Virus record (IMG/VR): IMGVR_UViG_3300048847_000023
Coordinates: 1-45,625 of that record
Length of the DNA: 45,625 nucleotides
DNA from: a virus
Taxonomy: Duplodnaviria; Caudoviricetes
Strand: one strand, 5' to 3'
A program made the position numbers and the translations under genes. Shown here piece by piece: positions 18,010-27,191 of this stretch (position 1 is the stretch's first letter; the number at the start of each line of letters is the position of its first letter). Under the pieces are notes generated by a model. The model saw nothing but the letters and a program-made list of their open reading frames with translations, had not been told where the DNA came from and ran no database searches.

Positions 18010-18287
18010 CAGACACCGCCTTCAAGGGCCGCAATGCGGTCGGCATGAGCAGCGGTGACGGCTGCGAGATTGGCGGTGTCGACGATAAGCTGGTCGACCA
18101 GTTGGTCATGAGCCACCGCTATAGCGACCGCGAGATTAGCAAAAGTGATGATCGCCGTTCCGGCTCCGCCACCTAGTTCCGTCAGAAGCAAATCGTCTGG
18201 AGATAGCGTGGTGACTACATTTGTAATGTCAGATATCTTTTTGGGTTCATCGGCCACGGCAAATCCCTCAAACCAATTGGAATGCAC
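18009..18287 (-). CDS. Small virion/fibre-associated protein
   Basis: KKISDIT...DDLLL motif and RIAALE coiled-coil end typical of fibre anchors; start uncertain. Confidence 0.6.
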   Translation of the reverse strand: MHSNWFEGFAVADEPKKISDITNVVTTLSPDDLLLTELGGGAGTAIITFANLAVAIAVAHDQLVDQLIVDTANLAAVTAAHADRIAALEGGV

Positions 18288-18323
18288 GGATCATACCCTT
18301 TTGGATTAATCCGTGCAAACGCG

Positions 18324-18339
18324 GTGGCTCCGGATGCAA
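18324..18339 (-). repeat. Dispersed 16-bp motif copy 3
   Basis: GTGGCTCCGGATGCAA on + (15/16), intergenic. Confidence 0.9.
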
Positions 18340-18342
18340 AGA

Positions 18343-18561
18343 TCAGGCGGCTGGAGTCCATGCGATGCGGAAACCGTCCGATGTCATCAGCGGGGATCCG
18401 TCAGAGGTCGTGATGTACCGGAAATTCGTCTCTTCGCCGCCGCCGCCGTCGGGAGGGGGGATGACTACGACGGGAGCGGCCCAAGACGAACCGCGCGAGC
18501 GGAATGGGGATCGGCAGGAGAATACTGAAAACATAACGACCTCTTTCAAAAGGAGAACCAA
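18343..18561 (-). CDS. Small putative virion protein
   Basis: ITTSDGSPLMTSDG repeat of the kind found in fibre-associated proteins; start uncertain. Confidence 0.55.
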   Translation of the reverse strand: MVLLLKEVVMFSVFSCRSPFRSRGSSWAAPVVVIPPPDGGGGEETNFRYITTSDGSPLMTSDGFRIAWTPAA

Positions 18562-18848
18562 TCGTCTATGTCTATCACAGACTGAACCTTCTTTGCTTGA
18601 ACCGGAGCCGGATCAGGAACGGGCGGCGGGGGAGGGGGAGGCGGCTCGACCGCTGCTGGCGTCTTGAGCTTGTTTTCGTGCGGGATCAGAGGCGGGTAGT
18701 CGAGATAGGGTGTCGAAAAAACAGGATTCTCCAGCCAAGCCGCGAAGTCGGTAGCTTCCTTCATGTAGCGTGATTTCTTTTCGGGCGGCGCACCGTCGCA
18801 GATCATGAGAGCGCGGCAGACTTCCTCGGCAGTAAGATGCTCGGTCAT
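18546..18848 (-). CDS. Hypothetical protein with poly-Pro linker and acidic tip
   Basis: ATGA coupling to the upstream gene. Confidence 0.65.
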   Translation of the reverse strand: MTEHLTAEEVCRALMICDGAPPEKKSRYMKEATDFAAWLENPVFSTPYLDYPPLIPHENKLKTPAAVEPPPPPPPPVPDPAPVQAKKVQSVIDIDDWFSF

Positions 18849-19042
18849 ATCGCATACCCCCGCGTCTTCCGGCAGGCAAACCGCACGTCGTTATTTACGT
18901 CCTGCTTTTCCCAGCTTTTCTGATAGCCGAGTGCTTCAATGATGCAGTCGTCTACCGTCTCAAAATACAGCGGAAGGCGTTCGGTATGACAGCTTGTGCC
19001 TGTACAAAAAGTCAGACTCAAAAGAAAAGCCCACGCCGTCAT
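18845..19042 (-). CDS. Small Cys-containing exported protein
   Basis: Hydrophobic N-terminus, C-x4-C...F-T-DDC...AC pattern; GGAG RBS. Confidence 0.65.
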   Translation of the reverse strand: MTAWAFLLSLTFCTGTSCHTERLPLYFETVDDCIIEALGYQKSWEKQDVNNDVRFACRKTRGYAI

Positions 19043-19059
19043 GATCCGTCTCCCCGTAT

Positions 19060-19081
19060 GTGTTACCTAAAAAGATAACAC
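19060..19081. promoter_or_regulatory. Palindromic operator-like site
   Basis: GTGTTACCT-AAAA-AGATAACAC, 17 nt upstream of the 19042 start. Confidence 0.5.
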
Positions 19082-19125
19082 CGCAGGGATCAACAGATCA
19101 AATGAGCGGGGCTTTTTAGCGAGCG

Positions 19126-20163
19126 TTAGGCTTCCTCCGTCTCTTCCTCTTCCGTTGCCGCCTCATCCGCCGCCGCCTCTTCCTTAGCCGCTTCTTCGAA
19201 CTTAAGCCCTTTCATCTCAGCCCATTCTCGCAAGATAACCGCAAATGCATCTTCGTCGCGGTCTTTCGGAATGTCAGCATTTTTTTCCCTGACGTAATCC
19301 AGTAGGTTCTTAGTAGACTCGGAGCGCGCGGCATCGAATTTGAAAGTAAACCGCGTCGGCCTATTGCGCCGCCTATTCTCGGATACATTCTTCGGGAACT
19401 TTTCGCGGATGTATTCGATCAATTCAGGACGACTATGTTCTTCCGCATACTCCAGCATCTCAGGAAATGAATTCAAGAAGGAGTTCAACAACTCTTTATC
19501 GTCCTTCACATTCACGCGCGCGATTTCTTTCGCTTTCGTCCAGCCGAGCCGTGCGACTGTCTCCTCGTCCGCTCCAGCTAAAGTAAAAACGTCGTAGATC
19601 CTGATGTAATACATTGCCGTTCGGTACTCAAGACCAAGTTCTTGAGAGGCGTAGTCGGCGAAACCGCGCTTTCCCTCGACGAAACCAAGGGCTAGATGGA
19701 GCCGATTACTGTGGATATAGCTTAGAACTCCGCCGAGATCGTAGGCGGTCTCTTCGGATCGCCGCACCAATGCTTTGGCCGCATTCAGAGGATTTTCGTG
19801 CTGCTTAAAAATATTCTGAATATGGGGGGTCGGGCGGATCTCAGGTAGCGTCTTTCCGCTCGTATCAATTTCCACAACGTCGCCTTCCGGTCCGCCGACT
19901 TCTTCGACGGGGATGTCGTCCGGATCGATGATGTCTTGGGGTTGGCCTTCGTCGGGATCTTCGGTATCTCCCGCCGGGTATTGGTGTTCTTCGTCCAGGA
20001 TCTCGCCTGTCATGTCATCTGCGTCGCGCTGGACTTCGAAGCGGCCTTCACGCCGAGCTACGACGCGCAGGACATCACCTTCGTTGAAGACGCGCGCCCG
20101 ATCGTCTTCCGCTTTGTAACCGAGAAAGCGGACTTTCCTGCCTTTTTTAGCTCCAGACGCCAC
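19126..20163 (-). CDS. Multidomain putative DNA-binding protein (SH3-like, DUF3102-like)
   Basis: FNEGDVLRVV...GEI barrel pattern; AYDLGGVL...FADYASQELGLEYRTAMYYIRIY; GAGGG RBS. Confidence 0.7.
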   Translation of the reverse strand: MASGAKKGRKVRFLGYKAEDDRARVFNEGDVLRVVARREGRFEVQRDADDMTGEILDEEHQYPAGDTEDPDEGQPQDIIDPDDIPVEEVGGPEGDVVEIDTSGKTLPEIRPTPHIQNIFKQHENPLNAAKALVRRSEETAYDLGGVLSYIHSNRLHLALGFVEGKRGFADYASQELGLEYRTAMYYIRIYDVFTLAGADEETVARLGWTKAKEIARVNVKDDKELLNSFLNSFPEMLEYAEEHSRPELIEYIREKFPKNVSENRRRNRPTRFTFKFDAARSESTKNLLDYVREKNADIPKDRDEDAFAVILREWAEMKGLKFEEAAKEEAAADEAATEEEETEEA

Positions 20164-20207
20164 CGTTTAGCCCTCCCGCAAAAAATGTGGACAACAATAG
20201 CTTTGGG

Positions 20208-20528
20208 TTACATGCGGGGAGAAGTCAATACGGGATGGCTCCGGATGCACGCTATCACGCCATTCACCAGCGCGGCCACGAAATTGGCATCGGATAGGGA
20301 GAAACCGGAGGCCGTCAGGGCGTATTTATCAAGGGGTTTTTCCGGCTCGTAGAAGAATGCTCCTTTTCCCTCGTAAGCGATCAGGAAGCCGGAGCGTTCG
20401 TCCTCGCCTAAGAGGCCAGCGCCGATGATCCACAAGACGCCTCCGGTCGGACCCGTCAGCCGGACGCGTCCGTCTTCTATGAGGCATTGAGCGATGTAGT
20501 CAGACTGAGTTTCATAAGCGTTTTCCAT
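20208..20528 (-). CDS. Hypothetical phage protein
   Basis: ORF filling the gap in the minus-strand operon. Confidence 0.7.
   Translation of the reverse strand: MENAYETQSDYIAQCLIEDGRVRLTGPTGGVLWIIGAGLLGEDERSGFLIAYEGKGAFFYEPEKPLDKYALTASGFSLSDANFVAALVNGVIACIRSHPVLTSPRM
20235..20250 (-). repeat. Dispersed 16-bp motif copy 4
   Basis: ATGGCTCCGGATGCAC on + (15/16), in the 3' end of 20528-20208 and upstream of the 20163 gene. Confidence 0.9.
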
Positions 20529-20560
20529 TCACCCACGGTATAGCCGAGGGCGAATGCGGG

Positions 20561-20818
20561 TCAATGTCCGTCTACAAAGCGGCGGACTGCTTCCAGACTG
20601 TCGTAGCAGCTTCTATGAGCACCCCATAGCCGCAGGACGTATTCCGCGACATCGTTGTCCGAAGCCCCCTGTTCCGGCACCGCAGGAGCGATCGGACACG
20701 TCATCAAAGCGGCCGGAGGGATGACGTATTCCACTCGGACTTCGGGCGGCTCACTTGTTCCGCAGGCCGTCAAGAGCACGAGAAACGGAAGGGCCGCAAG
20801 AGTAAGTTTTCGGCGCAT
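20561..20818 (-). CDS. Outer-membrane spanin (Rz1-like lipoprotein)
   Basis: Lipobox LTAC, Pro-rich, PPAALMTCP, overlaps the i-spanin. Confidence 0.85.
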   Translation of the reverse strand: MRRKLTLAALPFLVLLTACGTSEPPEVRVEYVIPPAALMTCPIAPAVPEQGASDNDVAEYVLRLWGAHRSCYDSLEAVRRFVDGH

Positions 20819-21107
20819 CTCTGACTTCCTTCAAAGATTTTTCGAGCGAGGCGGCTAGTTTTTCCTGATCGGCGGCTCTCTGCGAGAGTGCGGCCATTGC
20901 TCGATCTGTGGCGGCTCGTATCGCTGTTACAGCGGCGGCGTTGGACTCGGCCAAGGCGTTAGCGGCATCGATCTGGAAGCGCGCCTTCTCAAGTGATTCC
21001 CGTAGCGTGCTGACGGAGATAGCGTTGTACATGCCCCACGCGGCGATCAACCCAATGCCCATAAACGGCAGGAATCGTGTGATCAATGGAAGGAGGTTCA
21101 GCATCAT
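20751..21107 (-). CDS. Inner-membrane spanin (Rz-like)
   Basis: N-terminal TM, Ala-rich coiled coil, C-terminal Cys; follows the holin. Confidence 0.8.
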   Translation of the reverse strand: MMLNLLPLITRFLPFMGIGLIAAWGMYNAISVSTLRESLEKARFQIDAANALAESNAAAVTAIRAATDRAMAALSQRAADQEKLAASLEKSLKEVRDAPKTYSCGPSVSRALDGLRNK

Positions 21108-21439
21108 TCACCGTCCTGATGAGCACGGGTTGGGGGAGGGGTGTCGTCGGCGCAGTCTGGGACGACGATGGGAGCCGGGCGGGGGAAAGAGGGGCGGCTG
21201 GTAGGCCATATTCCAGCGTTGATCTTCGTACGGTCTTCCCAGACAGCACCGAATACGTAGCTCCCGATGACGGCTCCGGCGAGGCCAGTAAGAGCCGTGG
21301 CGACCTGAGCATTCAGTGCCGAATCGTCTCCAAAAAGGATCAGGTACCCGACGGCAACGGCACAGTAATACAGCGTCCCTATGACGATTTTTCGCCGCAG
21401 GAACCAAGAGGATCTCTCCCCATTCCGTGGGTCTTCCAT
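21104..21439 (-). CDS. Putative holin
   Basis: Two TM helices, W-LRR and SYVFGAVWED motifs; between endolysin and spanins. Confidence 0.75.
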   Translation of the reverse strand: MEDPRNGERSSWFLRRKIVIGTLYYCAVAVGYLILFGDDSALNAQVATALTGLAGAVIGSYVFGAVWEDRTKINAGIWPTSRPSFPRPAPIVVPDCADDTPPPTRAHQDGE

Positions 21440-21440
21440 G

Positions 21441-22136
21441 TCAACGCCCTCCGTGCTTGCGGTAAGCGTTGGCAAGCTTCACGTCGTAGGCATTTGCCTT
21501 GTAGCCAGATCCGTTGTATCCGAGAGCAAAGCGCGCCCAATCCTGCTTCCTGAGAGCGTTGTGGAGTCCGGTAGCTTGGCAGTACGACACGAGCATCTGA
21601 AGCTGATGCCCCTCGGACTCCATAGCGGCACCGACGAACTCCTGAACGGTCGGATACCCGCACATCTCATGATGGACGCCCATAACCTGAAACGCACCCC
21701 AAGAAGCGGATTTGAGTGCTGCATCCGGATCGAGCTTCATCGCGCGTTCGAGGCGGGAGTACTGATCTCCGGAATACCCGGCGCGATACGACCCCTTCGT
21801 GCTGATGTCCGGATGACTGCCGTTGAAACGATAGCCCGTCAGCCGCCCGAAATAGTGGGATTCGAAAAGTATCTTTGGTCGGCCGTTCTTCATGAATCCC
21901 GATCCGGCGGACTCAACCTCGATCACTGCTTTGACGGCTGCGACCGGGCAGCCGAGAGTGCGAGCAGCGGCGGCAATGTCGGCTTCTGTCATGGGAAGTG
22001 CGGCACCGACGAAAGAGACTTCCGGCTCCGACGGCGGCAGGATCGGGACGACTGGAGCCTGGACGGCGGCCGGGGTATCGATCATCGGCGGCGGCGAGGG
22101 CTTCCTTTTCGGAAGAAAAATGTCGAAGAAGCCCAT
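21441..22136 (-). CDS. Endolysin, N-acetylmuramidase (DUF3380 family)
   Basis: AVIEVES-G-GF, PKILFESH, SASWGAFQVMG, FALGYNG motifs. Confidence 0.92.
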   Translation of the reverse strand: MGFFDIFLPKRKPSPPPMIDTPAAVQAPVVPILPPSEPEVSFVGAALPMTEADIAAAARTLGCPVAAVKAVIEVESAGSGFMKNGRPKILFESHYFGRLTGYRFNGSHPDISTKGSYRAGYSGDQYSRLERAMKLDPDAALKSASWGAFQVMGVHHEMCGYPTVQEFVGAAMESEGHQLQMLVSYCQATGLHNALRKQDWARFALGYNGSGYKANAYDVKLANAYRKHGGR

Positions 22137-22137
22137 A

Positions 22138-22746
22138 TCAAGCCGCCTTTCTTTTTATTGCCCGAGACATGAGGCGCAGCCATATAGCCGCCTCGAACTC
22201 CAGTTCGGTTTCGGTGTTCAGGAGCATCTGGTCGGCCGTACCGACGTAGTCCCGCCAATGCAGTTCCGAGACGTGCGGAACCTTGCCGATGCCGATTTTT
22301 GCGAGCATTCGCTGGAGCCAGGTCGTGATCGGCGGCTCGACTGAAGGACGGCGGATCACCCATATTTCGCCGCCTAATGCCCGGATTGCGTCTACTTCAT
22401 GGGGAAAGCGCACGTCGTCTATGACCACGTCTCCATGCGTTTTGGAGATCTTCCGGAGCGTGATGGCCAGCCAGATGTCGCGGTGTATGTACGAATGTGC
22501 GTAGTCAGCGCCGAGAGTCTGCATCACGTGACGCGGCGTTTTCCCCATCAGTAAATCTGAGGGCTTCTCTTTTAGGGAGCCGTAGAGGTGCTCATCCGTC
22601 AACCCGAGCACTCTGCACATGTCTTTGATCGGCTCGGCGATACTGAGCTTCTTGAAGCCGTGATTTTCCATGACGCGCGATGCGGTGGTCTTTCCGGCAC
22701 TCTTGGCGGCCATCAGGCCAATAATCCGACGATTCGCCATGATCAC
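22138..22746 (-). CDS. Deoxynucleoside monophosphate kinase
   Basis: IIGL-AAKSAGKTT P-loop, TPRHVMQTLG, VVIDDVRFPHE. Confidence 0.9.
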   Translation of the reverse strand: MIMANRRIIGLMAAKSAGKTTASRVMENHGFKKLSIAEPIKDMCRVLGLTDEHLYGSLKEKPSDLLMGKTPRHVMQTLGADYAHSYIHRDIWLAITLRKISKTHGDVVIDDVRFPHEVDAIRALGGEIWVIRRPSVEPPITTWLQRMLAKIGIGKVPHVSELHWRDYVGTADQMLLNTETELEFEAAIWLRLMSRAIKRKAA

Positions 22747-23963
22747 ACCCGCACCTTTCCGGTCCAGCGACCGTGTCTGTCCATCGCCATCGGAATGACT
22801 CTTGGGAAGCCGTCACGCAAATACCCGACACCAATAAGTGGGCGCTTTGCCTGAATTTTGTTGTATACATACGCCATCGCTTTATCGTCTATCAAGCATC
22901 CTGTAGTCATCCCGAAGGATGCGCCTTTACCTCTGGAACCTGTATACTGAACGTCCAGAGTAGAATGATGATGTTCTTGAACAATATTGCACATACTGTC
23001 TTTAGAAGCGTTCCGAACGTTCGCGCCGAGACTGTGAACGAAAATGCAGTATCCTGTATTAGGAAGGTCTACTAATATCTCGTCTTCCCACCACCAGCCG
23101 TTTCCTTTTCCGTCGGGACGATAAAGACCAGTCGGAGTGTGGTCAGCAAACAAGGCGTCACGGTATGGGACGATGAGGTGTTTGGGAATCCCGTGTTCTT
23201 TTGCTCGGCGGAAGGCCATTGATCCATGATTTGAGGAGCACAATTCCATGTCCGGAAACATTTTTTCGACGGGATGAATAGTTGCCCGAGCCGCCTTGAG
23301 TTCCGGTCCGGCGGACATGAGGTCGGGGTCGGAGGCGTGGAAACTCATCGCGTGGTAATCAAGCTCGTCGCCCATGCCGATTATGCGGCGGGGCTGATAG
23401 ATTTTCTTTATCTCTTCGAGGAAGGCCAGTGCGTCGGGATGAGTATAAGGAGCGTGAAGATCGGAAATGCACAGAATATCCGCGTTGTCGTCTTCACTAT
23501 AAATCTTCCTTGAAGGGCTGAAATCCTTTTCCCTTACGGATTCCACTTCGGATAGAAGCGCTTGCGTCGCGTATTGAGAGACTGCCTTGGAAAGGGATTT
23601 CTGAGTAACGTGAATACCTCTTGCGGCCAAGAACTCGACCGCTGCGGGGAAGCTTTTCGTTTTCTTGTAAGCGTCTACGCAAATTTTGGTGTGATCTTCG
23701 AGAAATGCTGGGGTGTCGCCGATCTCGTCTTCGTCATCATCGTATTCACCGGACGGAGTGTCGATCACCTGCATTTTCGGTGCATCCGGAGCCACCGCAG
23801 CAGGGCTTGAAGGAAGCGAAGTCTTGATCCAGCGTCCGACTGTGCGGCGCGACACCCCGAGCCGTCGCGATATTTCGTATCCCGATAGTCCTGTTTTAGA
23901 AAGATCGACCGCTTGCTGTTGCGCTAATCTTGACATTCTCTCTCTCCTCATTCGCCCCGACAC
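22743..23963 (-). CDS. HTH plus calcineurin-like metallophosphoesterase
   Basis: GLSGYEISRRLGVSRRTVGRW HTH; ISDLH, GDELD, SNH, FVH and HHH metal motifs. Confidence 0.85.
   Translation of the reverse strand: MSGRMRRERMSRLAQQQAVDLSKTGLSGYEISRRLGVSRRTVGRWIKTSLPSSPAAVAPDAPKMQVIDTPSGEYDDDEDEIGDTPAFLEDHTKICVDAYKKTKSFPAAVEFLAARGIHVTQKSLSKAVSQYATQALLSEVESVREKDFSPSRKIYSEDDNADILCISDLHAPYTHPDALAFLEEIKKIYQPRRIIGMGDELDYHAMSFHASDPDLMSAGPELKAARATIHPVEKMFPDMELCSSNHGSMAFRRAKEHGIPKHLIVPYRDALFADHTPTGLYRPDGKGNGWWWEDEILVDLPNTGYCIFVHSLGANVRNASKDSMCNIVQEHHHSTLDVQYTGSRGKGASFGMTTGCLIDDKAMAYVYNKIQAKRPLIGVGYLRDGFPRVIPMAMDRHGRWTGKVRV
23780..23795 (+). repeat. Dispersed 16-bp motif copy 5
   Basis: Exact consensus inside the CDS, read as VAPDAP in a linker. 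Confidence 0.9.
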
Positions 23964-23972
23964 CCGTATTTT

Positions 23973-24479
23973 TCAGATCATCACCGTTGGACCGCATGGG
24001 ATCACTGGGGCGGCGGACAAGTCGGCCATCTGGCCGCGCAGGGTGACCACCTCGCTCTCAAGCTCCGTGATGCGCTTCCTCGCGTCCACCAGTTGCTTTT
24101 CAGCGGCTTTAGAACTGGTTTCCGCTGCCGTGGCACGACGATCCGCTGAGTTCAAAGCCAAGTTAGCCTTATCCAACTCAAGCTCGGTAACTTGAAGCCT
24201 TGCTTGAAGACCTTTTACTTCTTCCTTGAACCGTTCTATTTCATTAGTTTGGTCAACGCACTCTTCACGGTATTGCGCAACTTCCACCTTTAATTCGTCT
24301 ATTCTTACTTTCTGAGCGTCGACGACGGCCTTTATCAGGTCCAAATGTTCTTTAACGTCGTCCTTCTTTGACTTCTTCGCATCTGACAGAAATTTCAAAG
24401 CGACGCCGCCAGCCGCACCCAGCGCCCCGGTTATTGCGGTTGCGTTTTCCGTGATTGCTTTTTGGATGTCATCCCACAT
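23973..24479 (-). CDS. Membrane-anchored coiled-coil protein
   Basis: GGAG RBS before ATG 24479; Gly/Ala-rich hydrophobic N-terminus, long heptad repeats. Confidence 0.75.
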   Translation of the reverse strand: MWDDIQKAITENATAITGALGAAGGVALKFLSDAKKSKKDDVKEHLDLIKAVVDAQKVRIDELKVEVAQYREECVDQTNEIERFKEEVKGLQARLQVTELELDKANLALNSADRRATAAETSSKAAEKQLVDARKRITELESEVVTLRGQMADLSAAPVIPCGPTVMI

Positions 24480-24725
24480 TTTTAAAATCTCCCGGAGGGC
24501 TCGGTGATCCAACGGCCTCCACGAGACCAAAACGACGTATCTTTACGCCTAAGCTCTTAATAAAGTACCCCTTTTGGGGGCGACTCGTCAAATGGACGCA
24601 AGACTAAGGACGCCGCTCCATTGCTGAGGCGGCGTTAGTTACTTGAAGGTTAACAAATGTGATTAGGGTGTCGTTAAGTATAGATTGGATGATTTGTTGA
24701 CAGAGCTAGGTATTCCCTTGCTCCG

Positions 24726-25349
24726 TCAGGTGATGATGCAGAACCGCCTTCTGCGTGCCGTGGAAGGCGCTGGCGTTCCCGTGACGGATCGCAGGACTTC
24801 GACGTAGAGCCGGGAAACGCGCACTTCAGACGGAATGGTCATGAGGGTTTCGCTGAATGCGCGGGTGACAGATATGTCACCCGGGGTGACAGCCGCTCCG
24901 GGAGAGAAATCAACGTTGACCGGAAGCTCCTCCGCCTCCGCCGTCGCCGTGCCGAAAACGGTTGTTGGGCCGTCAGCATATGTGTCGGAATTCCGGTAAG
25001 TCGTTCCCGATCCGGACTGAACGGCTGAAGGAATGTTGCGGCTGGAGATCAGGCCGACATAGAGATCCCCCGCCGACACGTGAACCCAAGAGTCCAGTTG
25101 GATGGTATTCCAGCCTGTCGCCGTACCGAGGCGGTATGTACCAGTCGCAAGGAGAGCGCCGGGGCCGCCTCCAACGTCCACCTGGTAGAACACTGGGAAA
25201 AGCTCCGGCAGGGTCGAGCCGGACGAGCAGTAGAAGCTGACCGACTTGATGAAGCCTTCCTGCGCGAAAGATAGCTTGGCCACGGCCTTGCCGTTGGTCG
25301 CAACCAAGTCCTTAGCCGTGGCTCCGGGGGTCGTCCGTCCGATGATCAT
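24726..25349 (-). CDS. Putative minor tail/virion protein
   Basis: Beta-rich (PGALLA, GWNTI, YVGL); last gene of the tail-tip cluster. Confidence 0.7.
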   Translation of the reverse strand: MIIGRTTPGATAKDLVATNGKAVAKLSFAQEGFIKSVSFYCSSGSTLPELFPVFYQVDVGGGPGALLATGTYRLGTATGWNTIQLDSWVHVSAGDLYVGLISSRNIPSAVQSGSGTTYRNSDTYADGPTTVFGTATAEAEELPVNVDFSPGAAVTPGDISVTRAFSETLMTIPSEVRVSRLYVEVLRSVTGTPAPSTARRRRFCIIT

Positions 25350-26362
25350 GTGACCACCTGGAAGCCTGCCTGGAGGGCGTTGACAGCTTCATACGTCCAT
25401 GCGGCTCCGGTAGCTGGATCAGTCTGGTGTACCGCGCTGACGCGCTTGTAGGTGTTCGGCAGGCCGACGGGGGAGCCGTAAGCCTCGGTCGCTCCGGACT
25501 TCAATACCGTCCTGAGTTCGCGGGTCGCGCTGTTGTCCTTCCGTGCCAAGACGTTGACGGAAACAGCGTGAATGACGCTTGGAACGTCCGCCAAATTGCC
25601 GATGGCATACAAGTCTTTCGCCCCGACGAGGCCGCTGTGGACGTATGAGGAGTCGCCGTCCGGGGCTTCTTCCGCGATGCGGCTGAAGTTGGTCGTTCCG
25701 GTGTCGGGAGTGAAATCCCGTTGCGCGGTGTCTCCGCTGACGGTCCGGCGGTACGCTATGCAGTCACCGAGGAGCACGTTTCCGGGGGATACGCCGTCGA
25801 AGGTGTAGAGATCGTCGAAGCGGTTGATGCCGACGTTCGACATGCCGAGAGAAATTGCGTCTATCAGATCGTCCGTCCTTCCCCTCGTATTCACGCCGGA
25901 AGCCGTCAGCACCGTGGATCCATTCACGCGCAGGGTATAGCTCCCCGCCGTCGGATGCGTTGTCGTCAGAAGCTCTATGTAGTGCCAGCCGTCAACGGAA
26001 ATGACCGGGGCGGAGGTCGCCAGTTCAGTCGTGTTGCGCAGGATCTTCAGCGCTCCCGTCTGCGTCAGCGAGACGCGAAGCTGGACGCCGCCGGACCGCT
26101 GGAGCGACAGGACTTCTGAATCGATCGACGCGAAAAGCGAGCGTCTGAAAGCCGTCCCGATGCCCACCGTCGCATGGACGGACGGAAGCCCTCTGATTAA
26201 AGAAAAAGGGTTGGACGTGGAGCATTGCAGGCATTTACCGCCGTATCGTCCCGCTCCGAAGGTGATTGTCGAGAGCAGGGCGGCGTTGGACGGAACCCAT
26301 CCGCCGTGTCCAAGATCGGAGGCGGAGCCGTAGACATCGAAGCTTTCCGAAGGATTCATCAT
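25346..26362 (-). CDS. Virion protein with LamG/concanavalin-like domain
   Basis: WHYIEL...LRVNG...FDDLY pattern. Confidence 0.75.
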   Translation of the reverse strand: MMNPSESFDVYGSASDLGHGGWVPSNAALLSTITFGAGRYGGKCLQCSTSNPFSLIRGLPSVHATVGIGTAFRRSLFASIDSEVLSLQRSGGVQLRVSLTQTGALKILRNTTELATSAPVISVDGWHYIELLTTTHPTAGSYTLRVNGSTVLTASGVNTRGRTDDLIDAISLGMSNVGINRFDDLYTFDGVSPGNVLLGDCIAYRRTVSGDTAQRDFTPDTGTTNFSRIAEEAPDGDSSYVHSGLVGAKDLYAIGNLADVPSVIHAVSVNVLARKDNSATRELRTVLKSGATEAYGSPVGLPNTYKRVSAVHQTDPATGAAWTYEAVNALQAGFQVVT

Positions 26363-26363
26363 C

Positions 26364-27191
26364 TTATCTTACTCCGGCAAGCGTGATAGCAATGTCCGCA
26401 AGTGTCGTGTCCTGAACTTCTGGCGCTTTTACCGACAAGACATCTCCGGCGGCGAAGGCGGTGTCGGCGGCGGCCATGAACGTGGCGGCGGTCGCTGAGG
26501 CGGCGAAATTGACCGTTCCAAAGCCAACTCCGTTCTTCATCAGGGAAAAAGAAGCCGCTGAGGTCGCGCCAGAATCCGATTTAGCGATGCTGGAAGGCAA
26601 TCCCGCCTTGAAGGTAACATTGCGCGGTAGGACGATTTTACAGACGATCTCGCCGTCTTCGGGCTTTCCGTCTATCTGGATCGGGATGTCATACGGTGCC
26701 GAGGCAGATCCGGGTATCCACGCCGAGGAGCTGGCCGACCACACAAGCGTCGCGCCATCGGCGGGAGAGGGGGCGATCACGTCGGATAGTGCGTCGAGCG
26801 TCATGCCGGAAGAGATAGAGGGATCAGGAGCCAGGGCGATGACGTTGACGGTATCGCACATCAGAATCCTGATAGCGGCCGGGGGAAGAGAAACGGGAAC
26901 TTGCTGACCAGGTGCGCCGATGAAAGCCGTCTTGTCCGTGCCGTTCCGTAGAGAGAAAATCCGCATGGATGCCGGAACCGTCAGCGTGAAATCTGCCGCT
27001 GGCGATCCTTGGATTACGAGATGAGCCGAAGACATTTCAGAAGCCGTCAGGGATCGGCTTCCGGTAATAAGGACGCCGACGACACGGTTCATGGCCGCGT
27101 CCAAAATGTCGAAGGCGGCGTTCCCCGTGACTTCCTTTTGATTCTGATTCGGCAATATGTGAGGTATGTTCAAATACGGTGTCGAACTCAT
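26364..27191 (-). CDS. Tail protein with DUF2793-like N-terminus
   Basis: TPYLNIPHILPNQNQKEVTGNAAFDILD; LDALSDV...GATLVW fibre motif. Confidence 0.8.
   Translation of the reverse strand: MSSTPYLNIPHILPNQNQKEVTGNAAFDILDAAMNRVVGVLITGSRSLTASEMSSAHLVIQGSPAADFTLTVPASMRIFSLRNGTDKTAFIGAPGQQVPVSLPPAAIRILMCDTVNVIALAPDPSISSGMTLDALSDVIAPSPADGATLVWSASSSAWIPGSASAPYDIPIQIDGKPEDGEIVCKIVLPRNVTFKAGLPSSIAKSDSGATSAASFSLMKNGVGFGTVNFAASATAATFMAAADTAFAAGDVLSVKAPEVQDTTLADIAITLAGVR

Noticed and set aside
15660-21734. Weaker motif look-alikes at 15660, 17342 and 21719
   Set aside because: Three or more mismatches around a common TCCGGA hexamer, compatible with chance.
24639-24654. CtrA-like site TTAC-N7-TTAAC
   Set aside because: One imperfect match in AT-rich DNA with no other support.
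24726-24760. Polybasic CaaX-like tail RRRRFCIIT
   Set aside because: Arg-rich then hydrophobic ends are common in such virion proteins, and nothing suggests a eukaryotic context.
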